Positions 15,861-26,416 of a stretch of 32,000 bases of DNA are shown here, piece by piece. Under the pieces are notes generated by a model that had not been told where the DNA came from, made no database searches, and saw only the letters and a program-made list of their open reading frames with translations. The stretch comes from Telmatocola sphagniphila (GTDB lineage: Bacteria > Planctomycetota > Planctomycetia > Gemmatales > Gemmataceae): assembly GCF_018398935.1 (NCBI RefSeq), contig NZ_CP074694.1, positions 3,540,001 to 3,572,000 on the forward strand. The letters are read 5' to 3'. A program made the translations under genes and the position numbers. Each line of letters starts with the position of its first letter. The first letter of the stretch is position 1.

Positions 15861-18404
15861 ATGAGCAGCCGAATAACAGAAGGTCACTTGAGTTCGGGCC
15901 AGTTGCCCACGGATATCGAGGGCTTCGATCTGCTTGCTGAGCTTGCACTCAATATGAGATGGTCCTGGAATCATGCCACCGACGCTGTCTGGAGCGAACT
16001 CGATCCGGAATTATGGGAGATCACCCACAACCCCTGGGTCGTTCTCCAGACCGTTTCTAGGGACAAAATCCGAAACATGTTAGCCGATCCCGTTTTTCGA
16101 AAACAAATAGATGTCCTGGTAGAAAGCAGGAAGCACGCATTGGAGGCTCCTGCGTGGTTTCAAAAAGAACATTTGCAGAATTCGCTGACCTGCGTCGCCT
16201 ATTTCAGCATGGAGTTCATGTTAAGCGAGGCGTTGCCTATCTACTCAGGAGGTCTAGGCAACGTCGCCGGCGATCAACTCAAAGCCAATAGCGACTTGGG
16301 CGTGCCCGTCGTTGGAGTGGGACTTCTTTACCAGCAAGGCTATTTTCGCCAGGTGATCGACAAAAACGGAGAGCAACAAGCACTTTACCCCTACAACGAT
16401 CCCGGCCAATTGCCGATTACTCCATTGCGGCAACCCAACGGCGAGTGGCTTCGATTGGAGATCGAACTGCCCGGTTACCCTGTCTGGTTGCGCGTCTGGC
16501 AAGTCCTGGTAGGCAGGGTCAAGCTTTATCTTTTGGATAGCAATGATCTGGCAAACTTCCCGACAGTCAGGGGCATCACCAGCGAGCTTTATGGAGGCGG
16601 CCCGGAGTTGCGGTTACAGCAGGAACTCGTTCTGGGAATCGGGGGTTGGAGGTTGCTGCAAGCCCTCGGCATTCAGCCGGAAGTTTGCCACTTGAACGAA
16701 GGTCACGCTGCGTTTGCAATTTTGGAACGCGCTCGAACATTTATGAAAGCTTCGGGACAACCTTTCGAAGTCGCACTGGCCGTAACACGCGCAGGAAATC
16801 TCTTCACGACTCACACGGCCGTCCCAGCCGGTTTCGACCGTTTCGCACCTTACCTGATCGAGCACTACTTGGGTCGATACGCGCAAGAAAAACTCGGCAT
16901 TTCGGTTCGCGAATTGCTCGCCCTGGGCCGCGAAAATGCAAACGATTCGTCCGAGAGCTTCAACATGGCCTATATGGCCATTCGCGGGAGTGGAGCCGTC
17001 AATGGCGTAAGCAGATTGCATGGCCAGGTCAGCCGACACATTTTTCGGACGCTATTTCCGCGCTGGCCGGAAAATGAAGTCCCTGTCGGCTATGTGACAA
17101 ACGGGGTCCATATGCCAACCTGGGACTCAGCTCCGTCGGACGAGCTTTGGACGGAGGCTTGCGGGAAGAACCGCTGGTTAGGACGTACGAAAACTCTCGA
17201 ACGAGACATTCGTTGCGTTACCGATAGCAAACTTTGGCAATTTCGCACCAAAGCCAGTAAAGCTTTGATCGAATTCACACGCGAACGTATTTCCCGACAG
17301 CTCGCATATACTGGGGCTCCGAGTGAATCAATAGAACGTGCGAAACATCTTTTCGACCCCAATGCTCTAACGCTAGGCTTTGCCCGCCGATTTGCAACTT
17401 ATAAAAGACCGAATTTGCTACTCCATAACCGGGAGCGCTTGCTTCGCCTTTTGAAAAATCCCGATCGTCCCGTGCAACTCATCATGGCCGGTAAGGCCCA
17501 TCCGGCGGATAGAGCTGGCCAAGACTTGATCCATGAATGGATTAACTTCATAAGAGAAGCGGATAACCGCCTCAATATCATCTTCCTCAGAGACTACGAC
17601 ATGCAGTTGACCGAACGCTTGGTACAGGGCGTCGATGTCTGGATCAACACTCCTCGACGACCTTGGGAAGCCTGCGGCACCAGCGGAATGAAGGTGCTCG
17701 TCAACGGAGGCATTAATCTTTCCGAGTTGGATGGCTGGTGGGCCGAAGCTTATTCTCCCGAAGTTGGTTGGGCGGTGGGAGACGGGCTAGAGCATGGTGA
17801 CGATCCTAGTTTGGATGCTGTCGAAGCCGAAAGACTCTACGAATTGCTCGAACGGGAAGTGATTCCAGAGTTTTATAATCGAGACGAACACGGTATTCCG
17901 ACTGCTTGGGTCAAGAGGATGCGGGAAAGTATGGCACAGTTGACGCCACGATTTTCCGCTGACCGCACTATCCGCGAATATACCGAGCAACATTATCTAC
18001 CTGCCGCAATTGCATATCGAACGCGGGCTGCCGATAACGGTTCAATTGGCAAGAAGATTGTCGATTGGCGATTCGCTCTAGAAACGAAATTGAGTAAGGT
18101 TCGCTTTGGCAACTTGAATGTTCAAACGCGAGACGGGCAATATCTATTTGAAATTCGAGTCTGTTTTAACGATCTGGACGCCAAATCGGTTCGAGTAGAA
18201 CTTTATGCCGACGGTGTCATGGGCGGCGATCCTATGAGACAGGAGATGAAGTGTTTACAGCAGCCGGTGGAAACGCAAGGCTATATTTATCGCATTTCCA
18301 TTCCCGCTTCTCGCCACACAACGGATTATTCGGTGCGAATTATCCCGCACTATGATGGCGTGGCCGTTCCACTCGAAGCTACACATATACTCTGGCAACA
18401 TTGA
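15861..18404 (+). CDS. glgP: Alpha-glucan (glycogen/maltodextrin) phosphorylase, GT35 'alpha-glucan family' type
   Basis: Motifs include N-terminal LALNMRWSWNH, YFSMEF, GGLGNVAGD, HLNEGHAAF, and the PLP-Lys box EACGTSGMKVLVNGG. Length is 847 aa. Confidence 0.92.
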   Translation: MSSRITEGHLSSGQLPTDIEGFDLLAELALNMRWSWNHATDAVWSELDPELWEITHNPWVVLQTVSRDKIRNMLADPVFRKQIDVLVESRKHALEAPAWFQKEHLQNSLTCVAYFSMEFMLSEALPIYSGGLGNVAGDQLKANSDLGVPVVGVGLLYQQGYFRQVIDKNGEQQALYPYNDPGQLPITPLRQPNGEWLRLEIELPGYPVWLRVWQVLVGRVKLYLLDSNDLANFPTVRGITSELYGGGPELRLQQELVLGIGGWRLLQALGIQPEVCHLNEGHAAFAILERARTFMKASGQPFEVALAVTRAGNLFTTHTAVPAGFDRFAPYLIEHYLGRYAQEKLGISVRELLALGRENANDSSESFNMAYMAIRGSGAVNGVSRLHGQVSRHIFRTLFPRWPENEVPVGYVTNGVHMPTWDSAPSDELWTEACGKNRWLGRTKTLERDIRCVTDSKLWQFRTKASKALIEFTRERISRQLAYTGAPSESIERAKHLFDPNALTLGFARRFATYKRPNLLLHNRERLLRLLKNPDRPVQLIMAGKAHPADRAGQDLIHEWINFIREADNRLNIIFLRDYDMQLTERLVQGVDVWINTPRRPWEACGTSGMKVLVNGGINLSELDGWWAEAYSPEVGWAVGDGLEHGDDPSLDAVEAERLYELLEREVIPEFYNRDEHGIPTAWVKRMRESMAQLTPRFSADRTIREYTEQHYLPAAIAYRTRAADNGSIGKKIVDWRFALETKLSKVRFGNLNVQTRDGQYLFEIRVCFNDLDAKSVRVELYADGVMGGDPMRQEMKCLQQPVETQGYIYRISIPASRHTTDYSVRIIPHYDGVAVPLEATHILWQH

Positions 18405-18412
18405 GTGTAATT

Positions 18413-20557
18413 ATGGCAATTTCCAGAACCTCGCAGCCCGATCTCGATGTCAAAGAGACCAGACGTGGCGAAGTGCGTCGAGGGATTCCATTGCCGATGG
18501 GATCGCAGGAAACGGAGGGTGGAGTTAATTTTGCTTTATTCAGCCGAAACGCGACTCGTGTTCGCCTCGAACTATTTCGCGAACCCCAGGATTCGAAACC
18601 TTCGAGGGCATTCGATCTCGACCCCTTGCTTAATCGCACGGGCGACGTGTGGCACATTTGGATTGAAGGAATTCGTTCCGGTCAGCTCTATGCCTATCGG
18701 GTCGATGGCCCGTACGAGCCCTGGCAAGGCCATCGTTTCAACTTCTGCAAATTGCTCCTGGACCCGCATGCAACAGCTCTCGCAGTTCTGTCCGACTGGG
18801 ATTTTGGAAACGCTCGGGGGTACGACTCCTCGGCAACCACTAAAGATTTGATTCTCTCACATGTCGATGATGCGGGAACTATGCCGAAATGCATATTCAT
18901 GAATGAAGATTTAGATTGGAAAGATGATCGACCGCCCGATCATCCTTGGTCAAAAACAATCATTTATGAAATGCACGTTCGCGGCTTTACCATTCATCCA
19001 AATTCGGATGTCAAGCATCCCGGGAGCTATCGCGGCGTGATCGAGAAGATACCCTATTTAAAAGAGTTGGGCGTAACGGCCGTGGAATTAATGCCCGTCC
19101 AAGAGTTCAACGAACACCGAACGCAAGATACAAATCTGAAACCGGGTAAGATTCTCAGAAATTACTGGGGTTACGATCCAGTGTCTTTCTTTGTCACGAA
19201 AGCCTCCTATTGTAGTGCAGGGACGCTCGGCCAAGAGAAGTTGGAATTCAAAGAAATGGTGCGGGCACTCCATAGTGCCGGGATCGAAGTCATCCTCGAT
19301 GTTGTGTTCAACCACACAGCCGAAGGAAACGAACTGGGGCCTACTTTTTGTTTCCGAGGGATCGACAACTCTATTTTCTACATGTTGGAACCCGACAAAC
19401 GCTACTATGCTAATTATGCAGGTACAGGTAACACTGTTAACGCCAACCATCCCGTGGTTCGAGACTACATCTTGGCTGCCTTGCGTTATTGGGTTGTCGA
19501 TATGCACGTGGACGGATTTCGATTCGATCTCGCTTCTATTCTAGGTCGAGACGAAAATGGCAAATTACTAGCCGATGCGCCGCTTCTGGAACGCATTGCC
19601 GAAGAACCGATCTTGAGACACGTGAAACTAATCGCCGAAGCGTGGGATGCAGCTGGTGCTTACGAAGTTGGTAGCTTTTCCGAACGGAGGTGGGCCGAGT
19701 GGAATGGCCATTACCGGGATGATGTCCGGCGTTTCTGGCGAGGCGACAATGGATTGCTAGGCCTTTTTGCAAGCCGAATCTGCGGTAGTGCGGACATCTA
19801 TACAAATTCTGGCAAAGGCCCGGAGGGCAGCATCAACTTCGTCACCTGCCACGATGGCTTCACTTTGAACGATTTGGTGAGCTATCGCTACAAGCACAAT
19901 GAGGCAAATGGAGAAGACAATCAAGACGGTACTAATGCGAATTTCAGCGAGAACTATGGTATCGAAGGAGAAACAAAGACGGATGCTAAGATCGAGCGGT
20001 GCAGGAACGTTCAAATCAAGAACTTTCTACTGACTTTGTTCATTTCCCGAGGAGTGCCGATGATACTAGGCGGGGATGAATTCCGTCGGACACAAAGCGG
20101 CAACAATAATGCCTATTGCCAAGATAACGAAACAAGTTGGCACGATTGGGATCGTCTAACAGATCAGAACGAAATCTTCCGCTTCACACGCGGCCTGATA
20201 GCCTTTCGTCAAGCTCATCCGATTCTCTCAATCGAGAAGTTCTACACGGAAGCAGAGATTCAATGGTTTGGCTCAGGGGGAGGTTCGCCCGTCTGGGCCG
20301 ATCCGGAAGAAAAACAGCTTGGGTGTCTTATCCACGAAAACAAAGATAGCTCTCTGTATCTGATGTTTAACGCTGGAACCGAGGCAGTTCATTTTGTTCT
20401 CCCTTTATTAGCAATGGCGAGACATTGGTATGTCGCTGTTGACACTGCTGGAGAATCACCTCGCGATTTGTTCTCGGCAGGTGAGGAGCCGGTTTTGGAT
20501 GACTGCCATACTTATCCGCTGACATCACGATCCGGTGTAATACTGCAAATGCGTTGA
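18413..20557 (+). CDS. glgX: Glycogen debranching enzyme GlgX (GH13 isoamylase type with N-terminal CBM48)
   Basis: Motifs include GVNFALFS, VILDVVFNHT, VDGFRFDLAS, IAEAWD and FVTCHDGFTLND. I prefer the ATG at 18413, 9 nt after the glgP stop. The track starts at TTG 18401. Confidence 0.92.
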   Translation: MAISRTSQPDLDVKETRRGEVRRGIPLPMGSQETEGGVNFALFSRNATRVRLELFREPQDSKPSRAFDLDPLLNRTGDVWHIWIEGIRSGQLYAYRVDGPYEPWQGHRFNFCKLLLDPHATALAVLSDWDFGNARGYDSSATTKDLILSHVDDAGTMPKCIFMNEDLDWKDDRPPDHPWSKTIIYEMHVRGFTIHPNSDVKHPGSYRGVIEKIPYLKELGVTAVELMPVQEFNEHRTQDTNLKPGKILRNYWGYDPVSFFVTKASYCSAGTLGQEKLEFKEMVRALHSAGIEVILDVVFNHTAEGNELGPTFCFRGIDNSIFYMLEPDKRYYANYAGTGNTVNANHPVVRDYILAALRYWVVDMHVDGFRFDLASILGRDENGKLLADAPLLERIAEEPILRHVKLIAEAWDAAGAYEVGSFSERRWAEWNGHYRDDVRRFWRGDNGLLGLFASRICGSADIYTNSGKGPEGSINFVTCHDGFTLNDLVSYRYKHNEANGEDNQDGTNANFSENYGIEGETKTDAKIERCRNVQIKNFLLTLFISRGVPMILGGDEFRRTQSGNNNAYCQDNETSWHDWDRLTDQNEIFRFTRGLIAFRQAHPILSIEKFYTEAEIQWFGSGGGSPVWADPEEKQLGCLIHENKDSSLYLMFNAGTEAVHFVLPLLAMARHWYVAVDTAGESPRDLFSAGEEPVLDDCHTYPLTSRSGVILQMR

Positions 20558-20824
20558 TCGAAATTACGTTCGCGCTCGATCGTTCAAATGGGAGATACTG
20601 CAAAAAGCGAGTGGAGTTGAAGAGCATCCGTGAGAACGTTTTGGTACATTATTCATTATGAGCTGTTCGAAGCCAACACTAATAAATAAGGAGTGCGACG
20701 ACAATCTATGCAAGAACGGAGGTACCTAAAAAAGTCGCGTCATAATGCTCCTCACGTGGCGGATTATTGGAATCTATCACTGGTCGATTCAATCTAACCT
20801 CAGAACACCTTCAGCCATAACCGG

Positions 20825-22137
20825 TTAGGCGATGTATTCGAAGATCCCCAGCCCGATCGCCGCCACACGGCATTTTGGGAAGAACGCCTTAACTACCGCC
20901 TGGGAGACCCGAGGGCCTATTTTCCAGACCTTACCGGCCATTTCGACAGTGCCCATTGCGTTGCAAGGCTCGGCATTCATTGTTAGCCAGGTGGTTCTCG
21001 TGATCCTTTCCTTTTCCAGTGTTAAACAGATTCGTCCGCCGTCCCGAGTCACGCCTTTTGCGGTCACTTCGTCGACGAGGCATTTGCCTCAGGATTTCCA
21101 AGGGACCAAGACTTTGGGGATTGTTATCGTGAACGGTATTTTTGTGCCGTCGTCCAGAACGATCTCGTTGTCTCGGCAAGCGAGCTCTTGGCATTCCCTG
21201 ATCCAGCACTTCCACGTCGCCTGCACCGCCATGGCCGGACAACGAATCAAAATAGTACCTGTCAAAATTGTTTCTCCAAGGTCGTAGAGTTATGAAGATC
21301 CTGCATTGGTTCTTAGTCAGTGATCTATTTGCGGTCTTCGTTCTGAGGCCGATCGGGATCGACTTCATTCAAACTGGCGGTGACCCGGATCGAGGTCGCC
21401 CGTCCGCATTCCCTTGACTAACCCGGAGTCCGGCTTGAACCCCAAAGTTGTGTCGATGGAATTCCCATACCGAACCGCCGCGATACTCGCACCGGAACCG
21501 AGGTGGGCCAGAATTATGCGCCCGAGGGACTCCTCGGCACCGGTAACACGAGCTACTTCCTCCATCAGATACGCATACGACAGGCCGTGGAAGCCATAGC
21601 GTCGCACCCCCTTCGTTTCGTAGCAACGCGGGATCGGCGGGATCGGCACGATCTGGGCGATGCGCGGCATATCGTGCTGAAAAGCCGTGTCGAAACACGC
21701 CATCTGTGGCAGGTCGGGAAAGCGTTGCCGAAATGCCTCTGTCAACAGGATCTCCTCCGGCAGATGCTTGGTCTCAAATGGGCTGAGCCGGTGCAGCTCT
21801 TGCAGCATTTCCAGAGTGATTTGCTGCGGCTTGTAATACTTTGGCCCCCTTGCACGATGCGATGGCCCACTGCGGTGAAGCCTTCTCTCCCGATGCGTTT
21901 GTCGATCCAATCCATGAGAACGTCAACCGCCACCCTATGGTTGGGTGCTTTAACTGGTCGAGAAAAAATGTCAGCCTCGTTCGAGCCTTTCACCTGCAAT
22001 GTGGACTCCGACAGGCCAATCCGTTCGATGCTGCCGCCCACAATCCGATGCGGAGATTCTCTGGACTCGAATAGCGCGAACTTGATGCTCGACGAGCCGC
22101 CATTAATCGTCAGGATGCGTGGGTTAGCCGATTTCAT
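20825..22137 (-). pseudogene. ackA: Acetate kinase, multiply frameshifted with a strongly decayed C-terminal third
   Basis: The first frame reads ILTINGGSSSIKFALF...AVGHRIVQGG. After a frame break at about 21843-21849 it reads PKYYKPQQIT...FDTAFQHDMP...GVRRYGFHGLSY...ILAHLGSGASIAAV...GMRTGDLDPG. Below 21365 only weak similarity remains across other frames (VDEV-TAKGV.., IGPRVSQAVVKAFFPKCRVAAIG versus IS...S.V.V.VIPTNEE..IA). The total span fits a ~400-aa enzyme. Confidence 0.75.
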
Positions 22138-22777
22138 GGACAACACTTTCGACATTCTGCAATCCGAACGATGCAAGTTTCGCACGTGTCGATTGGAAGT
22201 CCGTGTGCAGGATGCTTTGAATTCCCAAACCTTCCGCGATCTCTACGAACATCGGTGTGTTTTCGAGATAGACCACCTGTTCGATGGGCGTCTGGGCAAT
22301 GTCAAGAGCCAATCGAAAGATGTTCGCGTCGGGTTTTCGAAGGCGGACAAAGCAGGAGGAAATGAAAAAATCGATAAACCCGTTGAGCTTGAACGCGCTA
22401 ATCCTATGCGCATTCAGTTCGCGTGCCTCGTTGCTGACCACAGCGATCTTCAGCCCGCAATGGGTTTTGAGGCGAGCGACCAAATCGAGCATCTCGGGAT
22501 ACGGTTGCGACTGCGCGAACATGAATTCACGGAACTGCTCCCGAGTGAACGGTCGCTCCTTGTGAAATACAGTGCGGCTCAAGTATTCCTCAAGTGTGAA
22601 TTTGTCGGCTTCGTAAGACTCAAACATCAAATGATGTAGATCCTCGATCTCGTCGTAGTCCAGTTCCAGTTTGAAGTGTGTCGCCGCACGTCTGCGAGCA
22701 TGACGATCCCACCCGTTGGTTAGCAGTACACCGCCGATATCCACAAACAAAGTCGTGATTGGTATCGTTCTTTTCAT
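22124..22777 (-). CDS. HAD-superfamily hydrolase (subfamily IA-like, D-x-G variant of motif I)
   Basis: Motif I is LFVDIGGVLLTNGWD. Other motifs are IAVVSNE (motif II), RKPD (motif III Lys) and a C-terminal YLENTP region. A GGAGGT sits 4 nt upstream of the ATG. The ORF is intact. Confidence 0.85.
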   Translation of the reverse strand: MKRTIPITTLFVDIGGVLLTNGWDRHARRRAATHFKLELDYDEIEDLHHLMFESYEADKFTLEEYLSRTVFHKERPFTREQFREFMFAQSQPYPEMLDLVARLKTHCGLKIAVVSNEARELNAHRISAFKLNGFIDFFISSCFVRLRKPDANIFRLALDIAQTPIEQVVYLENTPMFVEIAEGLGIQSILHTDFQSTRAKLASFGLQNVESVVHEIG

Positions 22778-22788
22778 TTTACCTCCGC

Positions 22789-23529
<741 letters not shown>

Positions 23530-23583
23530 GGTATTACCTAAGAAACTATCCCAAAACGCTTAAAAAGAGACGAAAACCCTTGA

Positions 23584-23751
23584 TTATGAGGCCTTAATCG
23601 CCTTTTTAGAGTGTTCTTCGGTTTGATAGTGTTTGCCAACAATTGCCATCTTCTTCATATCGAAGCCGTACTTCTGAAGTTCCCGAGTCGACTTTTTAGC
23701 CTGATCGTTTATTGCAAAGACCGCGACCACGGAGTTCTTAAAGGAAATCAT
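23584..23751 (-). CDS. 55-aa stub resembling the N-terminus of YflT/DUF1269-type general stress proteins (probably truncated)
   Basis: A GGAGG sits 7 nt upstream of the ATG at 23751. MISFKNSVVAVFAINDQAKKSTRELQKYGFDMKKMAIVGKHYQTEEH matches the N-terminal soluble domain of that family as I recall it. The Gly-rich membrane half is absent. Confidence 0.45.
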   Translation of the reverse strand: MISFKNSVVAVFAINDQAKKSTRELQKYGFDMKKMAIVGKHYQTEEHSKKAIKAS

Positions 23752-23910
23752 CCTGTTCCTCCAGTTGCCAATCGAGAACGATGACGGGGATGCCAAAACA
23801 AGGAGCACCCTGTTCTTTATTTCCCTTCAGCGACTTTGGGCTGAGGGATTATTGTAGTCCTTGCAATCGCAACTATCGGATCGTATGTTAGGCGACCAAC
23901 AGCACGGGAA

Positions 23911-24267
23911 ATGTCAGAAAAGGTCCCAATCTCTGTCGGGGCTTCCCCGATGAGGTGGAGCATCGCGGGTGGTGCCTATGCTAGAGGAGGTCTTAAGCAA
24001 AGAGGCTTTGCATGGGGTGGCAATGGTGGGTCGAAAGGATACAGAGGGTATGGAGGATATGGTGGGTATCGATGGTACGGTTATGGGTACGGGGGAGGCT
24101 ATCGCAATCCCTAGAGCGACAATTATTTCAATAGTTTCCTTCCCGGTTATTTGCCATACATATTCGACGGCGCCCAGTATTACGGTTACAACAGCCTATG
24201 CAGACAGGTTTTCCCCGTCGCGCAAACTCTCATTTATCTAATCGATTCCGCCACATTTTCTCTCTAA
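23911..24267 (+). pseudogene. Gly/Tyr-rich ORF interrupted by a single in-frame TAG (24112-24114)
   Basis: It reads ...GGNGGSKGYRGYGGYGGYRWYGYGYGGGYRNP*SDNYFNSFLPGYLPYIFDGAQYYGYNS...*. The frame stays open for 50 more codons after the TAG, with the same Tyr-rich bias. No signal peptide is recognisable. Confidence 0.4.
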
Positions 24268-24376
24268 CTCACCCAAGTCAATTCCACATACTTAACACTC
24301 TGGCAACCTCGAAAACCTCAACGGCTTGAAATTCTCGAACGAGTAAGCCGCTGGCGGTTTCGTTGCAGCTCGGGGC

Positions 24377-25270
24377 TTGAACCGAGGCTTGGGTCATCTG
24401 GAGAGTCTTTCGACTGAATGCAAAAAATTGATCGGAACAGAGAAAGATAGGTCCGTTGTGTTATATCTTTTATGGGGCTGCCTAATATTGACGGTCTTAG
24501 TCGTTGGCGAGTCCCCGGTCTATGGCCAAAAAATTCAAGAGCTACAGAGTGAGAGTGCCTATTTCGGTAACGGCCCCATTGTGGAGCCGAAACCTGCTCT
24601 GGACTTGGTCCGTGTCGGGCAACTGATTTTCGCCAGGACGAATCAGTTTAGAGACCAGGAGAAACGCACGCCTCTGAAGTCTAATTATCAGTTGACCGAG
24701 TCTGCCCAAGCCTTTGCAGATTACCTGGCCAAGACAGATAAATTCTGCCACACCGCCGATGGCAAGGAGCCTTGGGACAGAACCACCAAAGCCGGTTATC
24801 AACACTGCATTATCCTGGAAAACATCGCGTACGAATACAATTCTGCTGGCTTCACTGTCCAAGCGTTGGCCAACGATTTAGTGCGCGGCTGGGAGAACTC
24901 CCCGGGACATCGCAAAAACATGCTCGACCCCGATGTACTGGAGATCGGCGTTGGACTGGCCCGCAGTTCGAACACGGGGCGATACTACGCCGTTCAAGAT
25001 TTCGGTCGTCCCAAGTCTGCCATGATTACCTTTAAGGTGTTCAATCGCACCGATGCAATGCTGACTTATACCATCGATGATCAGACTTGCACGGCCGGTC
25101 CCAACTACACAATCACATACGAGCGAAGTCGTCCTCCAGAACTGCGGTTTGTATGGGGAGAGAAGGCGAACGTCACACAAGCTGCCAGGAGGCTATTTCG
25201 ACCCGCTAATGGTGCTAGCTATACCGTTCGAACGACTGAAGAGAAAACCGTCACGGTAGACGGCCAATAG
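24377..25270 (+). CDS. Secreted CAP/SCP (YkwD-like) domain protein with a ~90-aa C-terminal extra domain
   Basis: Motifs include TNQFRDQEKRTPL, AQAFADYLA and GWENSPGHRKNMLDPDVLEIGVG. The hydrophobic N-terminus is LYLLWGCLILTVLVVG. The start is uncertain: TTG 24377 or GTG 24458. Confidence 0.8.
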   Translation: MNRGLGHLESLSTECKKLIGTEKDRSVVLYLLWGCLILTVLVVGESPVYGQKIQELQSESAYFGNGPIVEPKPALDLVRVGQLIFARTNQFRDQEKRTPLKSNYQLTESAQAFADYLAKTDKFCHTADGKEPWDRTTKAGYQHCIILENIAYEYNSAGFTVQALANDLVRGWENSPGHRKNMLDPDVLEIGVGLARSSNTGRYYAVQDFGRPKSAMITFKVFNRTDAMLTYTIDDQTCTAGPNYTITYERSRPPELRFVWGEKANVTQAARRLFRPANGASYTVRTTEEKTVTVDGQ

Positions 25271-25480
25271 TGGCGTGCTGAAACGGTCGGACTAATTTCG
25301 AGACAGTGCAGGTATTATTCGATTTGACGCTGACGGAGGGAAGAAAAAGTAGGGCGGATAGGGAGAACCGCTGTTTCGTACAGCAATGCGAGAGTCCTCG
25401 TATGAAGAAATTGGTCGAACCTATAAAAGTGTTCTTCCATGTTGGTTTTATTTCGTTTGTACCCAAGAAGAAGGTGCCAG

Positions 25481-25882
25481 ATGGCGAAAAATCTATTCAA
25501 AGTCGCTCCAGATACAGTTGCATATGCTGACGGGAAAACTCACAAGCTTATAGTGGAATTTGCAATTCCCGGAGCGCCAACGGAAACTATTGATGTAAAG
25601 ATCCTGGGAGACAGCATTCACCTGAAAGCTCCCGCTAAGAACATCGAATATGTTGCAGTACTGGCTCTAACCTGGCCTGTTAAACCTGACAAGGGGGAAG
25701 CGACCTACGAACACGGCCTTCTCCGAATCGAGGTGCCCTTCAAAGATCCGATGGAGGATGCTGTGAAGGTCGTCGTTAAGACCGGGGCCGTGGAAACCAA
25801 GCCTAAAATAAGCACTACTGGAGTAGCTCCACCTGCGGTTGAACGAAGCAATGATAAAGCAGTGGCTGGCAAAGCGGTCTAA
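25481..25882 (+). CDS. Hsp20/alpha-crystallin-like small heat-shock protein
   Basis: KLIVEFAIPGAPTETIDVKILGDSIHLKA...EATYEHGLLRIEVPFK fits the ACD pattern (.v.v.lPG...e.i.v.v....L.i.a ... a.y.nGvL.i.lPk). I prefer the ATG at 25481, which has an upstream GAAGAAGG. Confidence 0.7.
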   Translation: MAKNLFKVAPDTVAYADGKTHKLIVEFAIPGAPTETIDVKILGDSIHLKAPAKNIEYVAVLALTWPVKPDKGEATYEHGLLRIEVPFKDPMEDAVKVVVKTGAVETKPKISTTGVAPPAVERSNDKAVAGKAV

Positions 25883-25958
25883 CGTACCCTCGCTGTAGTT
25901 ACCCAACTTCGATTGGTTTTTTGATCGGTCACTCGGTCACGTACATAGGAGCTAAATA

Positions 25959-26273
25959 ATGAGCCATCGTGGAAAGCTAGCTTGGTGCGAGGACATTAGG
26001 CTTTGTGCTTATCACAAATGGGAGGCCGCCGGTAAGCCAACTGGAGATGGAGTTTCGTTCTGGCTAGAAGCGGAGCAAGAACAGGAGAAACTTGAAAAAG
26101 AGAAACTCGTTCAAGGGGACGGTTGGGAAGGGGACCGAGCGCTTGAAAGCCGAGAGGCCGAGGAGAATTTCAAGGCGCATAATGCGAGCGTGGATAGCCA
26201 GTATAGAGACAACAACCGGATGTTCCAAAGCCACGGTAATCGAGGCCATCGACACGGTTCCAAACGAGAGTAA
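25959..26273 (+). CDS. DUF2934-domain protein (second copy)
   Basis: IRLCAYHKWEAAGKPTGDGVSFWLEAEQE carries the same motif as the ORF at 10548-10796. Confidence 0.7.
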   Translation: MSHRGKLAWCEDIRLCAYHKWEAAGKPTGDGVSFWLEAEQEQEKLEKEKLVQGDGWEGDRALESREAEENFKAHNASVDSQYRDNNRMFQSHGNRGHRHGSKRE

Positions 26274-26294
26274 TCTCCTCGAAGAAGTGGGGGG

Positions 26295-26325
26295 GGCAGG
26301 ATTTGGCCCTGCCTCTCATTTATTG
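26295..26325 (+). terminator. Possible intrinsic terminator after the DUF2934 gene
   Basis: GGCAGG (26295-26300) pairs with CCTGCC (26308-26313) across a 7-nt loop. TCTCATTTATTGTT follows. Confidence 0.35.
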
Positions 26326-26416
26326 TTCGCACAAAAAATGTAACGAGAATGTTCTGAAAAAGGAGAAGGAGGTGCTGGAGTACCAGTATGTCTCTGATCT
26401 TTAAAGGAAGAAAACT

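Noticed and set aside
20832-21368. 151-aa (+) and 145-aa (-) ORFs as genes; also a reading of the third minus frame as a separate small beta-rich protein
   Set aside because: Both listed ORFs are Arg/Ser/Pro-rich nonsense-like translations. The weak but positionally consistent similarity to the acetate kinase C-terminus, spread over several frames, explains the region better. This remains uncertain.
21503-22639. 378-aa ORF on the + strand
   Set aside because: It is entirely antisense to the acetate kinase remnant and the HAD gene. It has no recognisable motifs and an Arg/Leu/Ser-rich composition typical of shadow ORFs.
25883-25925. Terminator after the Hsp20 gene (CCAA-CTTCGA-TTGG followed by T6)
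   Set aside because: The stem is only 4 bp, too weak to report as a feature.
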